Source: Bacteroidota bacterium (lineage in GTDB: Bacteria; Bacteroidota; Bacteroidia; JABEUT01). From it: a DNA stretch of 64,000 nt. The notes beneath the pieces are model-generated. The model searched no databases. It saw nothing but the letters and a program-made list of their open reading frames with translations, and was not told the DNA's origin. Every line of letters starts with the position of its first letter. Positions within the stretch are counted from its first letter, which is position 1. The stretch lies in the NCBI GenBank assembly GCA_013285655.1, contig JABDHI010000006.1, forward strand, positions 933 to 64,932. The letters run 5' to 3'. Below are positions 27,126 to 35,719 of the stretch, piece by piece. The translations under genes and the position numbers were made by a program.

Positions 27126-27222
27126 TGCCATAATTAGTACATAGTATTGGGTAATGAGTATAGAGATATAAAAAGCTCTTACTGAATCTCACTTCTCAAT
27201 ACTCACTACTCAATACCAAAAC

Positions 27223-27831
27223 ATGGCACTTACCGAATTAAAAATAGTAACACCTCCGGCGACTGAGTTGGCTCTTGCCACCGTCAAGAGTTATTTGCGC
27301 GTTGATTTTACCGACGACGATACCACTCTCGGTTTGTTGATTCAATCAGCGCGAGAAAGAGCAGAGCAATACTGCAACCGCTCATTTATAACCCAGACGC
27401 TGGAGGCATACTACGATAAAATAGAAAAGAACTTCACCCTGCCACGTGCGCCCATACAAAGTGTAAGCACCGTTAAACTTATTTACCTGAACGAGGTAAG
27501 TACGCTTACCCAAAATGCCGACTACTATGTTATGGGGAACCAGGATCAATGGTTGACTATTACAGCCACTACGTATAACCTGCCTCCCGGCTTTTCTCCC
27601 GGCGATGATTTAAGTAGGTATCACCTTGATGTAACCTATACTGCCGGTTATGGCAGTTCATGGACGAGTGTACCCATGGGCATACAAGAAGCTATTATGA
27701 AAATGGTTGGTGCCGCTTATGAAGTACGTGAAGATGTTGCACAACTCAGTAATAAAGGCATAAGCAATCTTATGGAGATACCCAATGATGCAAAAAGCCT
27801 TTTGAATGCATACAGAGTAGTTCCTTTATAA
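27223..27831 (+). CDS. phage head-tail connector (gp6-like / DNA-packaging) protein
   Basis: N-terminal signature LALATVKSYLRVDFTDDDTTLGLLIQSARERAEQYCNRSFITQT, typical of the gp6-like head-tail connector family. Confidence 0.75.
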   Translation: MALTELKIVTPPATELALATVKSYLRVDFTDDDTTLGLLIQSARERAEQYCNRSFITQTLEAYYDKIEKNFTLPRAPIQSVSTVKLIYLNEVSTLTQNADYYVMGNQDQWLTITATTYNLPPGFSPGDDLSRYHLDVTYTAGYGSSWTSVPMGIQEAIMKMVGAAYEVREDVAQLSNKGISNLMEIPNDAKSLLNAYRVVPL

Positions 27832-27877
27832 TTAAAAATGAAAAATTACGAATTACGAATGAAAGCAACAAAAGATC

Positions 27878-27987
27878 GTCATTGCGAGGAACGAAGTTGT
27901 TTTTATAATCCCGACCAATTGTGGCGGGGCAATCTCAATGCAAACGCTAAGGCTGCCACGCCCGCAAAAGCCGGGTTCGCAGTGACG
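27878..27987 (+). repeat. C-element (second copy)
   Basis: See 19303-19422. This copy is itself nested between the inverted word repeats AATTACGAATTACGAAT (27846-27862) and ATTCTTAATTCTTAAT (27996-28011). Confidence 0.85.
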
Positions 27988-28019
27988 GGAATTTTTTCTT
28001 AATTCTTAATTGAAATAAT

Positions 28020-28391
28020 ATGATAGGAACACTTCGATATAAAATAAACGTACATCAATTATCTTCCACCACCGATGGCGCCGGAGCTTTAAATGACCAG
28101 TCGATTGGTACCACTAGCCCTCAAAAATCATTGTTTTCTTCAGTTCGTACAATTTCTACACAAATGCATATGTACAATCGAGGAGTAGATATTACATCCT
28201 CACTAACTCAAAATTCAGTCGCAATACCAAATCTCGTAATGTATGCACTAGGTGCTAATAACGCTGGAAGTATTGGTGCACCGACCTCTGGGCAAATTGG
28301 GATTTCATATGCCGGTGCAGGTAATATTAACCAAGTAACTTTATATAATGTAATCCAATCTTTTGCCATTAGAATTGGATTTAATGTGTGA
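28020..28391 (+). CDS. possible phage head-closure / head-tail adaptor protein (only the N-terminal motif is recognisable)
   Basis: MIGTLRYKINVHQLSSTTDGAGALND resembles the (I)G-x-LRH-R-I-x-I start of SPP1 gp16-type head-closure proteins, and the gene follows the connector. The remainder is unrecognised and AT-richer. Confidence 0.35.
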   Translation: MIGTLRYKINVHQLSSTTDGAGALNDQSIGTTSPQKSLFSSVRTISTQMHMYNRGVDITSSLTQNSVAIPNLVMYALGANNAGSIGAPTSGQIGISYAGAGNINQVTLYNVIQSFAIRIGFNV

Positions 28392-28503
28392 AGTATGAGA
28401 ATTAAAAAAAATACTTAAGTATTGCTAATTATTTCTAGTGAGTAGTTCATTATATATATGTTAGATATATGAGTATTTTTGAAAACTAATTTGAAAAAAA
28501 CTG

Positions 28504-29637
28504 ATGGAGGAATTAAACGGTAGAACCAAGTATTTTTCGCAACTAGATGGCCTTAGGTTTATCGCTATATTGGCTGTGATGCAATGTCATTGGATTCGGA
28601 CTCCTCTTCCCGCTACAGGATTTTCTGGTGTTAACTTATTTTATGTTATTAGTGGATTTCTAATTACAAGAATATTATTAATGAGTAAGGAAGATAATAA
28701 AGGGCTTGGAATATCATTAAAGCGGTTTTATATACGTAGAACCTTGAGGATATTTCCTATTTATTATCTGTCTATTTTGGTATTGTTTATATTGAATATA
28801 CCTGGGGCCAGACAGGATATTTATTGGTTAATAACTTATACTTTCAATATAAAACTAGTGTTGCTTAATGCTTATGTGCATGGCGAAAATTATGGCTTCT
28901 ATGCTCATTTCTGGAGTTTATGTGTTGAAGAGCAGTTTTACTTCTTGTTCCCAATTTTGATATTACTTATTCCTAAAGCATATATGAAGCGGTTTTTGAT
29001 TGGTGTTATTTGCATTGGGTTTTTTACGAGATTTTTCTTAATGTTTCAATCAAACCGATCATTTGAAACAGGTCTTTTACCTGATTGTTTAGATTCCTTT
29101 GGGTTAGGTGCTTTATTGGCCTTTTATATTTTAAACGAGCCTGAAGCATTAAAGAAAATCATGATGAACAATCTTATATTTATAATCAGTATGATTTCTT
29201 ATATAGCTTTAGTAGTTATTGATTACGAGTGCTTTTCTATTTTTAATCCAGTTTATTGCTTATTAGATAGATTTTTGTTTTCGTTATGCTGTTTTTGGAT
29301 TGTTGGGAAGGCTTCTTTGGGTATGCATAAAGGATTAATGAAGGGATTTCTTGAAAATAAAGCAGTCGTTTACTTAGGTAAGATTAGTTATGGAATATAT
29401 GTGTATCATGTGTTTGTGGAAGAATTTTTAAATCATGCACTTTACCCAATTTACAGAAAGTGTCCAGTCTTTCTTCAATATTATTGGAGGGTACTTATAA
29501 AGTATGGACCTGACAATAATAGTAATTGGGTATACAGATTTTTAGGATACTCTATAGTGACTGTAATAGTTGCATCAATATCTTGGTACGTAATAGAAAA
29601 GCCAATAATCAAGTTAAAAGATAAGTATGCTAAGTAA
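28504..29637 (+). CDS. acyltransferase family 3 (OafA/YrhL-like O-acyltransferase), integral membrane
   Basis: YFSQLDGLRFIAILAVMQCHW start and about 10 hydrophobic helices across 377 aa. Confidence 0.85.
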   Translation: MEELNGRTKYFSQLDGLRFIAILAVMQCHWIRTPLPATGFSGVNLFYVISGFLITRILLMSKEDNKGLGISLKRFYIRRTLRIFPIYYLSILVLFILNIPGARQDIYWLITYTFNIKLVLLNAYVHGENYGFYAHFWSLCVEEQFYFLFPILILLIPKAYMKRFLIGVICIGFFTRFFLMFQSNRSFETGLLPDCLDSFGLGALLAFYILNEPEALKKIMMNNLIFIISMISYIALVVIDYECFSIFNPVYCLLDRFLFSLCCFWIVGKASLGMHKGLMKGFLENKAVVYLGKISYGIYVYHVFVEEFLNHALYPIYRKCPVFLQYYWRVLIKYGPDNNSNWVYRFLGYSIVTVIVASISWYVIEKPIIKLKDKYAK

Positions 29638-29714
29638 ACATTCCGCATAGTAATCTGTAAATTCCTTTTCCCTTTTTGTTTTTACACCACTTCAACCACT
29701 CAATCCTATGAATC

Positions 29715-30029
29715 ATGGAACTCGAATCAGTTTTATTAAAAGAAATTCGTGCTAACAGGCAAGCAAGTGCTGAAGAGCATGCTGCACTTAAGGAATTAGT
29801 GCAAGATCAAGCAATTGTTATTAATGAGATAAAAGAAGACTTACGTGGCAATAAAGAGCGTGGTATTGATGGGCTTATTTATACGGTGAGGAAACATAAC
29901 AAGCTTCTTAGGCCAATTGAATTGTTAAATCAATACCCAAAAATTTCAATTGTCGCTTTTTTTATTGTGGCTCATATTCTGGCATATGCTTCATTTAAAG
30001 GCATTGATAAACTACTTACATTATTTTAA
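29715..30029 (+). CDS. hypothetical coiled-coil protein with one C-terminal TM helix (holin-like by position only)
   Basis: 104 aa with TM helix ISIVAFFIVAHILAYASF. It lies immediately upstream of the endolysin. No family recognised. Confidence 0.4.
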   Translation: MELESVLLKEIRANRQASAEEHAALKELVQDQAIVINEIKEDLRGNKERGIDGLIYTVRKHNKLLRPIELLNQYPKISIVAFFIVAHILAYASFKGIDKLLTLF

Positions 30030-30127
30030 ATAGAAATAGTGGGTACATAGTATTGAGTCTTAGTACATAAGGTTCTTTATCTATAAAGCAATGCTCAATA
30101 CTCACTACCCATTACTCAATACTCATT

Positions 30128-30619
30128 ATGGATATTACCAAAGCATTTACCGTACTTCAACAGCTTGAAGGTGGCGATAAAGTAACCAATATTACGGGAG
30201 ACTTAGGCGGCCTAACCAAATATGGTATTAGCCAGGCTTCGCACCCAGGCCTTGATATAGCAAATTTAACAGCCGACCAGGCCCAGGCTATTTATCAAAC
30301 CCAATACTGGCATACGGCTGGCTGTGATCAGCTTAAGCCCGATCTGCAATATATTCATTTCGATACTGCCGTTAATATGGGTGTTGGAATGGCTATAAAG
30401 TTGCTGCAAAAAGCAAGCGGAGTTGCTGAAGATGGTGTTTTAGGGCCGAATACTATAAATGCAAGTAATACTATATCTGCTGAAGCATATTTGCTTACCA
30501 GGTTAATGCATTATAATGCTATTATAGCCAACGATGCCAACCAGTATAAGTTTTGCAGGGGCTGGACAAATAGAATAGCCACCTTGTTTGGTATGAGCAG
30601 GAATGGAGAGCTTATATAG
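30128..30619 (+). CDS. GH108-family lysozyme (N-acetylmuramidase) with a PG_binding_3-like C-terminal half; phage endolysin type
   Basis: LQQLEGGDKVTNITGDLGGLTKYGISQ (EGG catalytic motif, GG-x-T-x-YGI), followed by GVAEDGVLGPNTINA. Confidence 0.8.
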   Translation: MDITKAFTVLQQLEGGDKVTNITGDLGGLTKYGISQASHPGLDIANLTADQAQAIYQTQYWHTAGCDQLKPDLQYIHFDTAVNMGVGMAIKLLQKASGVAEDGVLGPNTINASNTISAEAYLLTRLMHYNAIIANDANQYKFCRGWTNRIATLFGMSRNGELI

Positions 30620-30662
30620 GCATTATTGTTGCTACTTGAGAGCTGTTAAATTACATTTCCGT

Positions 30663-30813
30663 AGTTTTAATAGAGATTCCTCGCTTCGTTCTGAATGACA
30701 GGATTTGTATTTAAATAATGGAGTGTAGGGGCGCGGACGAAGCCCGCACCCCTACACTCCCAAAGCCAAATTCCTCTGTCATTCCGAACTGCGAGTTGGC
30801 GGTGAGGAATCTC
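30663..30813. repeat. MITE-like nested palindromic element
   Basis: Terminal inverted repeats GAGATTCCTCGCTTCGTTCTGAATGACAG / CTGTCATTCCGAAC...GAGGAATCTC enclose a long hairpin, GGAGTGTAGGGGCGCGG-ACGAA-GCCCGCACCCCTACACTCC. Confidence 0.75.
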
Positions 30814-30901
30814 AGCAATAAATTACGTATACCTGTCGAATAAAACATTCTAAACCAAAACTTATTTTACTTTTGTGGGCAAATAAACACTAACTTTAAA
30901 A

Positions 30902-31399
30902 ATGAAAACAAAACAAATTACAGGCCTTTTTGCAATTGCATGTGCCTCTATCTATTTTTTTAGCTGTAGCAATGGCTCAAGCACAAGCAAAATGCTTGTA
31001 AATAAGTGGCAGATCGAGTCTTTTAAAAGCGCTGACTTTGATAAAGAAATGACCAACTTAAAACAGATGGCCGATACCACCAAAGATACCATGATGAAAT
31101 CTCAGGTTGCACAACGTATGCAAATGGAACAAGCTATTATGGAAGCTTTAAAGAACTCTGTTATTGAATATAAGGCTGATAGCACTTTCGAAATGAAAGT
31201 TTCTTTTATGGGCCAGGCTCAAACCAATAAAGGCAAATGGGTTTTGTTAGAAGATAAGGATAGCAAGAGGTTAATTCAGACTGATGACAAGCAAAAGAAG
31301 GACACTATGATCATTTCTGATATTAGTGCTGATAAGTTTACTGTTACCAGTCCTGATAAGAGTGTAACTGTAGTTTACAAGCCTGCACCTAAGTCGTAA
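30902..31399 (+). CDS. hypothetical lipoprotein
   Basis: Lipobox IYFFSCSNG; 165 aa; Lys/Met-rich; no family recognised. Confidence 0.6.
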   Translation: MKTKQITGLFAIACASIYFFSCSNGSSTSKMLVNKWQIESFKSADFDKEMTNLKQMADTTKDTMMKSQVAQRMQMEQAIMEALKNSVIEYKADSTFEMKVSFMGQAQTNKGKWVLLEDKDSKRLIQTDDKQKKDTMIISDISADKFTVTSPDKSVTVVYKPAPKS

Positions 31400-31415
31400 T
31401 ATTTTATACTGTAAA

Positions 31416-31448
31416 AACCCTCCCGATTATTGTTGGGAGGGTTTTTTA
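31416..31448 (+). terminator. rho-independent terminator
   Basis: AACCCTCCC-GATTATTGT-TGGGAGGGTT followed by TTTTT. Confidence 0.75.
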
Positions 31449-31490
31449 TTGCGCATTATTCACCCGTATAGAATGTAAATAATTCGAGTT

Positions 31491-32441
31491 ATGCCTGAAA
31501 AGTATCCCTTAAAAGAAGATATAAGTGCTGCTCATGAGCGCATAAAGCCTTTTATTCATCACACACCTGTAATGACCAGCCAAAGCATTAACGCAATGGT
31601 TGGGGCCGAATTGTTTTTGAAATGCGAGAACCTGCAAAAAGTCGGTGCTTTTAAATACCGTGGGGCCACTAACGCAGTGTTATCGCTTACTGATGATGAG
31701 AGAAAGAATGGCGTTGCAACGCATTCATCGGGTAACCATGCCCAGGCATTGGCTTTGGCAGCACGTAATAACGGATTAAAGGCCTATATAGTAATGCCAT
31801 TAACTTCATCAAAAGTAAAGCTGGATGCAGTAAGGGGTTATGGTGCCGAAGTAATAACCTGCGAGCCCAACCAAAAGTCTCGCGAAGAAACCTTGGCCGA
31901 TGCGGTAAAGCGCACGGGGGCAACGTTTATACACCCCTATAATAATTACCATATTATTACCGGGCAGGCTACTGCGGCTAAAGAGCTGATAGAAGATGTA
32001 AAAGGACTTGATGTAATAATGGCGCCGGTAGGTGGTGGCGGCTTACTTAGTGGTACTGCATTATCGACCCATTATTTTTCACCGACAAGTGTGGTTATTG
32101 CGGGTGAACCTGCTAATGCCAATGATGCTTACCAATCGATGCAACAGGGTAGGATAGTAGAGGCCGTGCCACCAAATACTATTGCCGATGGTTTGCTGAC
32201 TTCATTAGGAGATAAGACCTTTGACATTATTCGGAAACACGTAAACGAAATTGTGCCTGTTACCGAAAGTGAAATTGTAACGGCCATGCGCCTTGTATGG
32301 GAACGTATGAAGATAATAATAGAGCCATCGAGTGCCGTACCTATAGCCGCTGCTTTTAAAATAAAGAATAATATCAAGGGTAAGCGCATAGGTATAATTA
32401 TAAGCGGTGGTAATGTAGACCTGAGTAAGCTGCCTTTTTAG
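31491..32441 (+). CDS. PLP-dependent threonine/serine dehydratase (serine racemase-like fold type II)
   Basis: PLP-lysine motif GAFKYRGA, then HSSGNHAQALA and the glycine loop PVGGGGLLSG. Confidence 0.85.
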   Translation: MPEKYPLKEDISAAHERIKPFIHHTPVMTSQSINAMVGAELFLKCENLQKVGAFKYRGATNAVLSLTDDERKNGVATHSSGNHAQALALAARNNGLKAYIVMPLTSSKVKLDAVRGYGAEVITCEPNQKSREETLADAVKRTGATFIHPYNNYHIITGQATAAKELIEDVKGLDVIMAPVGGGGLLSGTALSTHYFSPTSVVIAGEPANANDAYQSMQQGRIVEAVPPNTIADGLLTSLGDKTFDIIRKHVNEIVPVTESEIVTAMRLVWERMKIIIEPSSAVPIAAAFKIKNNIKGKRIGIIISGGNVDLSKLPF

Positions 32442-32501
32442 TTAAACCCTTAATTATGTTTGCTAAGTTTTATTACATTTACTTAAACTAACAACCTATT
32501 T

Positions 32502-32906
32502 ATGAAACGACTTATTTCTTTTTTTACAGTATGCCTAATATTGTGTGGCATACATGCAACAGCACAGGTAAAAACCTCGCTTGACGGCAGATCATTTTCT
32601 ATTACCCTTACCCAATCGGGTGCAAAAAAGACACAAACCAGCTGGCATTGGGGTAATGATGAACTGCAATTTATGTCAGGTAAAATGCTTACCTCGAGTA
32701 TTAAAAGCCATGAACGTTTTAACGAAGCTAAATATGTAGCTACTGCCGGTTCAACTGCGGTAAAGTTTACATGTATTGCCCGTAATTCCAACGGAGCTAC
32801 CTTAAAATGGAGTGGTACCATACAAGGAAATAAAATATCGGGTACGGTAACCTGGAAGAATGCCAGCGGATCGCAAACATATAGTTATACGGGTACGGCA
32901 AAGTAA
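32502..32906 (+). CDS. hypothetical secreted protein
   Basis: 134 aa with signal peptide LISFFTVCLILCGIHATAQ; no family recognised. Confidence 0.5.
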   Translation: MKRLISFFTVCLILCGIHATAQVKTSLDGRSFSITLTQSGAKKTQTSWHWGNDELQFMSGKMLTSSIKSHERFNEAKYVATAGSTAVKFTCIARNSNGATLKWSGTIQGNKISGTVTWKNASGSQTYSYTGTAK

Positions 32907-33104
32907 TAGCCGGATTGGCATTAATTTGCAGTTTTACAGTTTTCTGAATTTTATACCCAACCATTTAGCCTGTTTTTGTATCTAAAGGGTAAGGTGCTTT
33001 CTTTCTAAAGATATAGAAAGAATTGGTTGATGTGGTGTTAGCTAATATGTATATTTGCCTTTAGCAATTGGCCAGCAATACTATAACGTACATAATACAT
33101 TTTA

Positions 33105-34322
33105 ATGAAAAAAATAGTACTCTTTCTTATTCTCAGTTCTCCTTTATTTATAAAGGCTCAGGGCTTTCAGGTAAACCTGCAGGGGCAAAAACAACAGGGC
33201 ATGGCAGGGGCCGGTACAGGCTTAATGCAAGATGCGGCAGCTGTATTCTTTAACCCGGGCGGAGTTTCGTTTTTGCAGGGCAATAGCGCATCAGTGGGTA
33301 TGACACCTACTTTTGCCAACGGCACTTTTTTAGATGCCGATAACGGATCGGTAGCACATAGCGATGCACCGGTAGGTACACCATTTACAGCTTATGTAGT
33401 TTGGGGGCCGGATAGTAGCAGGTTTAAATTTGGTTTTGGCGTATATACACCCTTTGGTAGCATAGCCAGCTGGCCCGATAACTGGACAGGCCGTTTTGCA
33501 CTTATCTATATGAAATTGCAATCTATCTACTTTCAACCAACCGTTAGCTATAAAGTATGCAATAAACTTGGTATTGGCGCGGGCCTTGTGTATGGCACGG
33601 GCGATGTAGAATTTAAGCAGGTTATGCCCGTGGTTGATGCTAATGGTAATTACGGTATTGCCGATTTAAAAGCCACAGCTGCCAATTATGGTTTTAACGT
33701 TGGCTTATATTACCAACCTACCGATAAGCTTTCAATCGGCCTTACTTACCGTTCGCAAATAACAATGAATGTTACCAATGGCCAGGCTACATTTACGGTT
33801 CCGCCTTCGCTGGCTTCTAATTTTCCTTCTGGGCCCTTTACTTCAAAATTGCCATTGCCACAAGAAGGTACATTAGGTATTGGCTATAAGGTAAACGATA
33901 AATTGTCTTTTGCTTTTGACGCTAACATTATTGGCTGGAAAGCACTGGATACGATTGCTTTTTATTATAAAGACACCACATCGGCATTAAAGCCAACCAA
34001 GCTACCACGCGATTACCAGAATGCCTATGCATTCCGCCTGGGTGCGCAGTATATGATAAATGATAAGTTAACTGTTAGGGGAGGTGTGGCCTATTCTATT
34101 TCTCCGGTTAAGGCTGGTTACGTAACACCTGAAGTGCCTGATGCAAACAAGGTGAATTTAACCTGTGGTGTTGGTTACAAATTCAGCAGCCATTTTGGGG
34201 CTGATGCTTCAGTAACATTTGAGAACCTTAAGCGTACCGACGATAACCTATCATTACAATTGAACGGAACTTATAAGACCTATATACTTGCTCCCGGACT
34301 TTCTGTTATATACCAATTTTAA
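33105..34322 (+). CDS. outer-membrane transport protein, FadL/OMPP1/TodX family
   Basis: Signal peptide; N-terminal GFQVNLQGQKQQGMAGAGTG, typical of the family; beta-barrel periodicity; C-terminal ...LSVIYQF. Confidence 0.8.
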   Translation: MKKIVLFLILSSPLFIKAQGFQVNLQGQKQQGMAGAGTGLMQDAAAVFFNPGGVSFLQGNSASVGMTPTFANGTFLDADNGSVAHSDAPVGTPFTAYVVWGPDSSRFKFGFGVYTPFGSIASWPDNWTGRFALIYMKLQSIYFQPTVSYKVCNKLGIGAGLVYGTGDVEFKQVMPVVDANGNYGIADLKATAANYGFNVGLYYQPTDKLSIGLTYRSQITMNVTNGQATFTVPPSLASNFPSGPFTSKLPLPQEGTLGIGYKVNDKLSFAFDANIIGWKALDTIAFYYKDTTSALKPTKLPRDYQNAYAFRLGAQYMINDKLTVRGGVAYSISPVKAGYVTPEVPDANKVNLTCGVGYKFSSHFGADASVTFENLKRTDDNLSLQLNGTYKTYILAPGLSVIYQF

Positions 34323-34324
34323 AA

Positions 34325-35662
34325 ATGAAGAACACATTACATAAAATATTTCTGGCATCGGTAAGTGCATCTTTGCTGGTGGCATGCAAACCAACCTTAA
34401 CTCCACCAACTGCAAGTAAAGGCAATGTAGATGCTACACGATACGTAGCTATTGGCGGAAGCATGACTGCCGGTTATGCAGACGGAGGACTGACTTACAA
34501 AGGCCAGCAAAACTCCTACGATAACCTTATTGCCGGCCAGTTTAAACTAATTGGTGGCGGAAGTTTTAATCAACCTTTAATACCTGCCTCATCAATTGGT
34601 TGTGGTGCGGGTGGTGCATCACCATTACAGTTAGGTTATGCTACCGATTGTATGGGCGCAACATCATTAATACCTGTGCCTATTGCAAAGAGTGGTGATA
34701 TAACCATTTTTGGTAATTCGGTTTATGCCAGCGAAGGGCCATTTAATAACATGGGTGTAGCGGGTGCAAAATCTATATACGTTGTAACCCCGGGTTATGG
34801 CAATCCTGCCAACGGTGCCGGTAATTACAATCCTTTCTTTACCCGTATGGCTGCTAATGCTGCTACCTCATCTATATTATCAGATGCAGTAGCAATGAAG
34901 CCTACTTTCTTCACCCTTTTCCTTACCGATGATATAATGGCCTATGCTATGGCGGGCGCAGCATCTGATTCTATTACCTCTACAGCCAACTTTACAGCAT
35001 CACTTAATTACATTATAAGCAGTTTAAAGGCAGCAGGCGCTACCGGCGGCGCTATTGCTAACATACCCGATGTTACGTTGTTCCCGTTCTTTACAACTAT
35101 ACCATACAATGGCCTTGCCCTTAATGGTTCTAATGATACTTTGATGAATTTGCTATATAATTCACGGGGCTTGTATTTTAAAATAGGTAATAACCCTTTT
35201 GTTATTGCAGACCCAAGTGCTCAATATGGTTTGAGGCTTATGAAATCGGATGAACACCTTTTGTTAGACATTCCTCTTGATTCGGTTAAATGCGATGGGC
35301 TGGGTTCTTACTATAAAGCTATTCCAAGCCAATATGTATTAACCGAAACCGAAATAAGCAATATACGCGCTGCAATTGCTAACTTCAACAGCATAATACA
35401 AGCTGCGGCATCGGCAAACGGCCTAGCTTATGTAGATATGAATAGTTTTTTCGGTAGTTTACAAACAGGTATTACCTACAATGGTGTGGCTATGAATGCA
35501 CAATTTGTAACAGGTGGCACATTTTCACTCGATGGTATTGACCTTAACCCAATTGGGCAGGCTATGCTGGCTAACCAGTTTATTAAAGCTATTAATGCAA
35601 AATATGGTTCAACTATACCACAGGTAGATGCAACACAATACTCAGGCGTAGTTTTTCCTTAA
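34325..35662 (+). CDS. SGNH/GDSL-like lipoprotein
   Basis: Lipobox LLVAC; GDSL-variant block YVAIGGSMTAGYADGG. The gene starts 3 nt after the FadL-family gene stop. Confidence 0.55.
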   Translation: MKNTLHKIFLASVSASLLVACKPTLTPPTASKGNVDATRYVAIGGSMTAGYADGGLTYKGQQNSYDNLIAGQFKLIGGGSFNQPLIPASSIGCGAGGASPLQLGYATDCMGATSLIPVPIAKSGDITIFGNSVYASEGPFNNMGVAGAKSIYVVTPGYGNPANGAGNYNPFFTRMAANAATSSILSDAVAMKPTFFTLFLTDDIMAYAMAGAASDSITSTANFTASLNYIISSLKAAGATGGAIANIPDVTLFPFFTTIPYNGLALNGSNDTLMNLLYNSRGLYFKIGNNPFVIADPSAQYGLRLMKSDEHLLLDIPLDSVKCDGLGSYYKAIPSQYVLTETEISNIRAAIANFNSIIQAAASANGLAYVDMNSFFGSLQTGITYNGVAMNAQFVTGGTFSLDGIDLNPIGQAMLANQFIKAINAKYGSTIPQVDATQYSGVVFP

Positions 35663-35719
35663 CAATCTTTTATAAGACCAAAACAAAAACAACAAACAAA
35701 AATCCAAAAACAACACATC

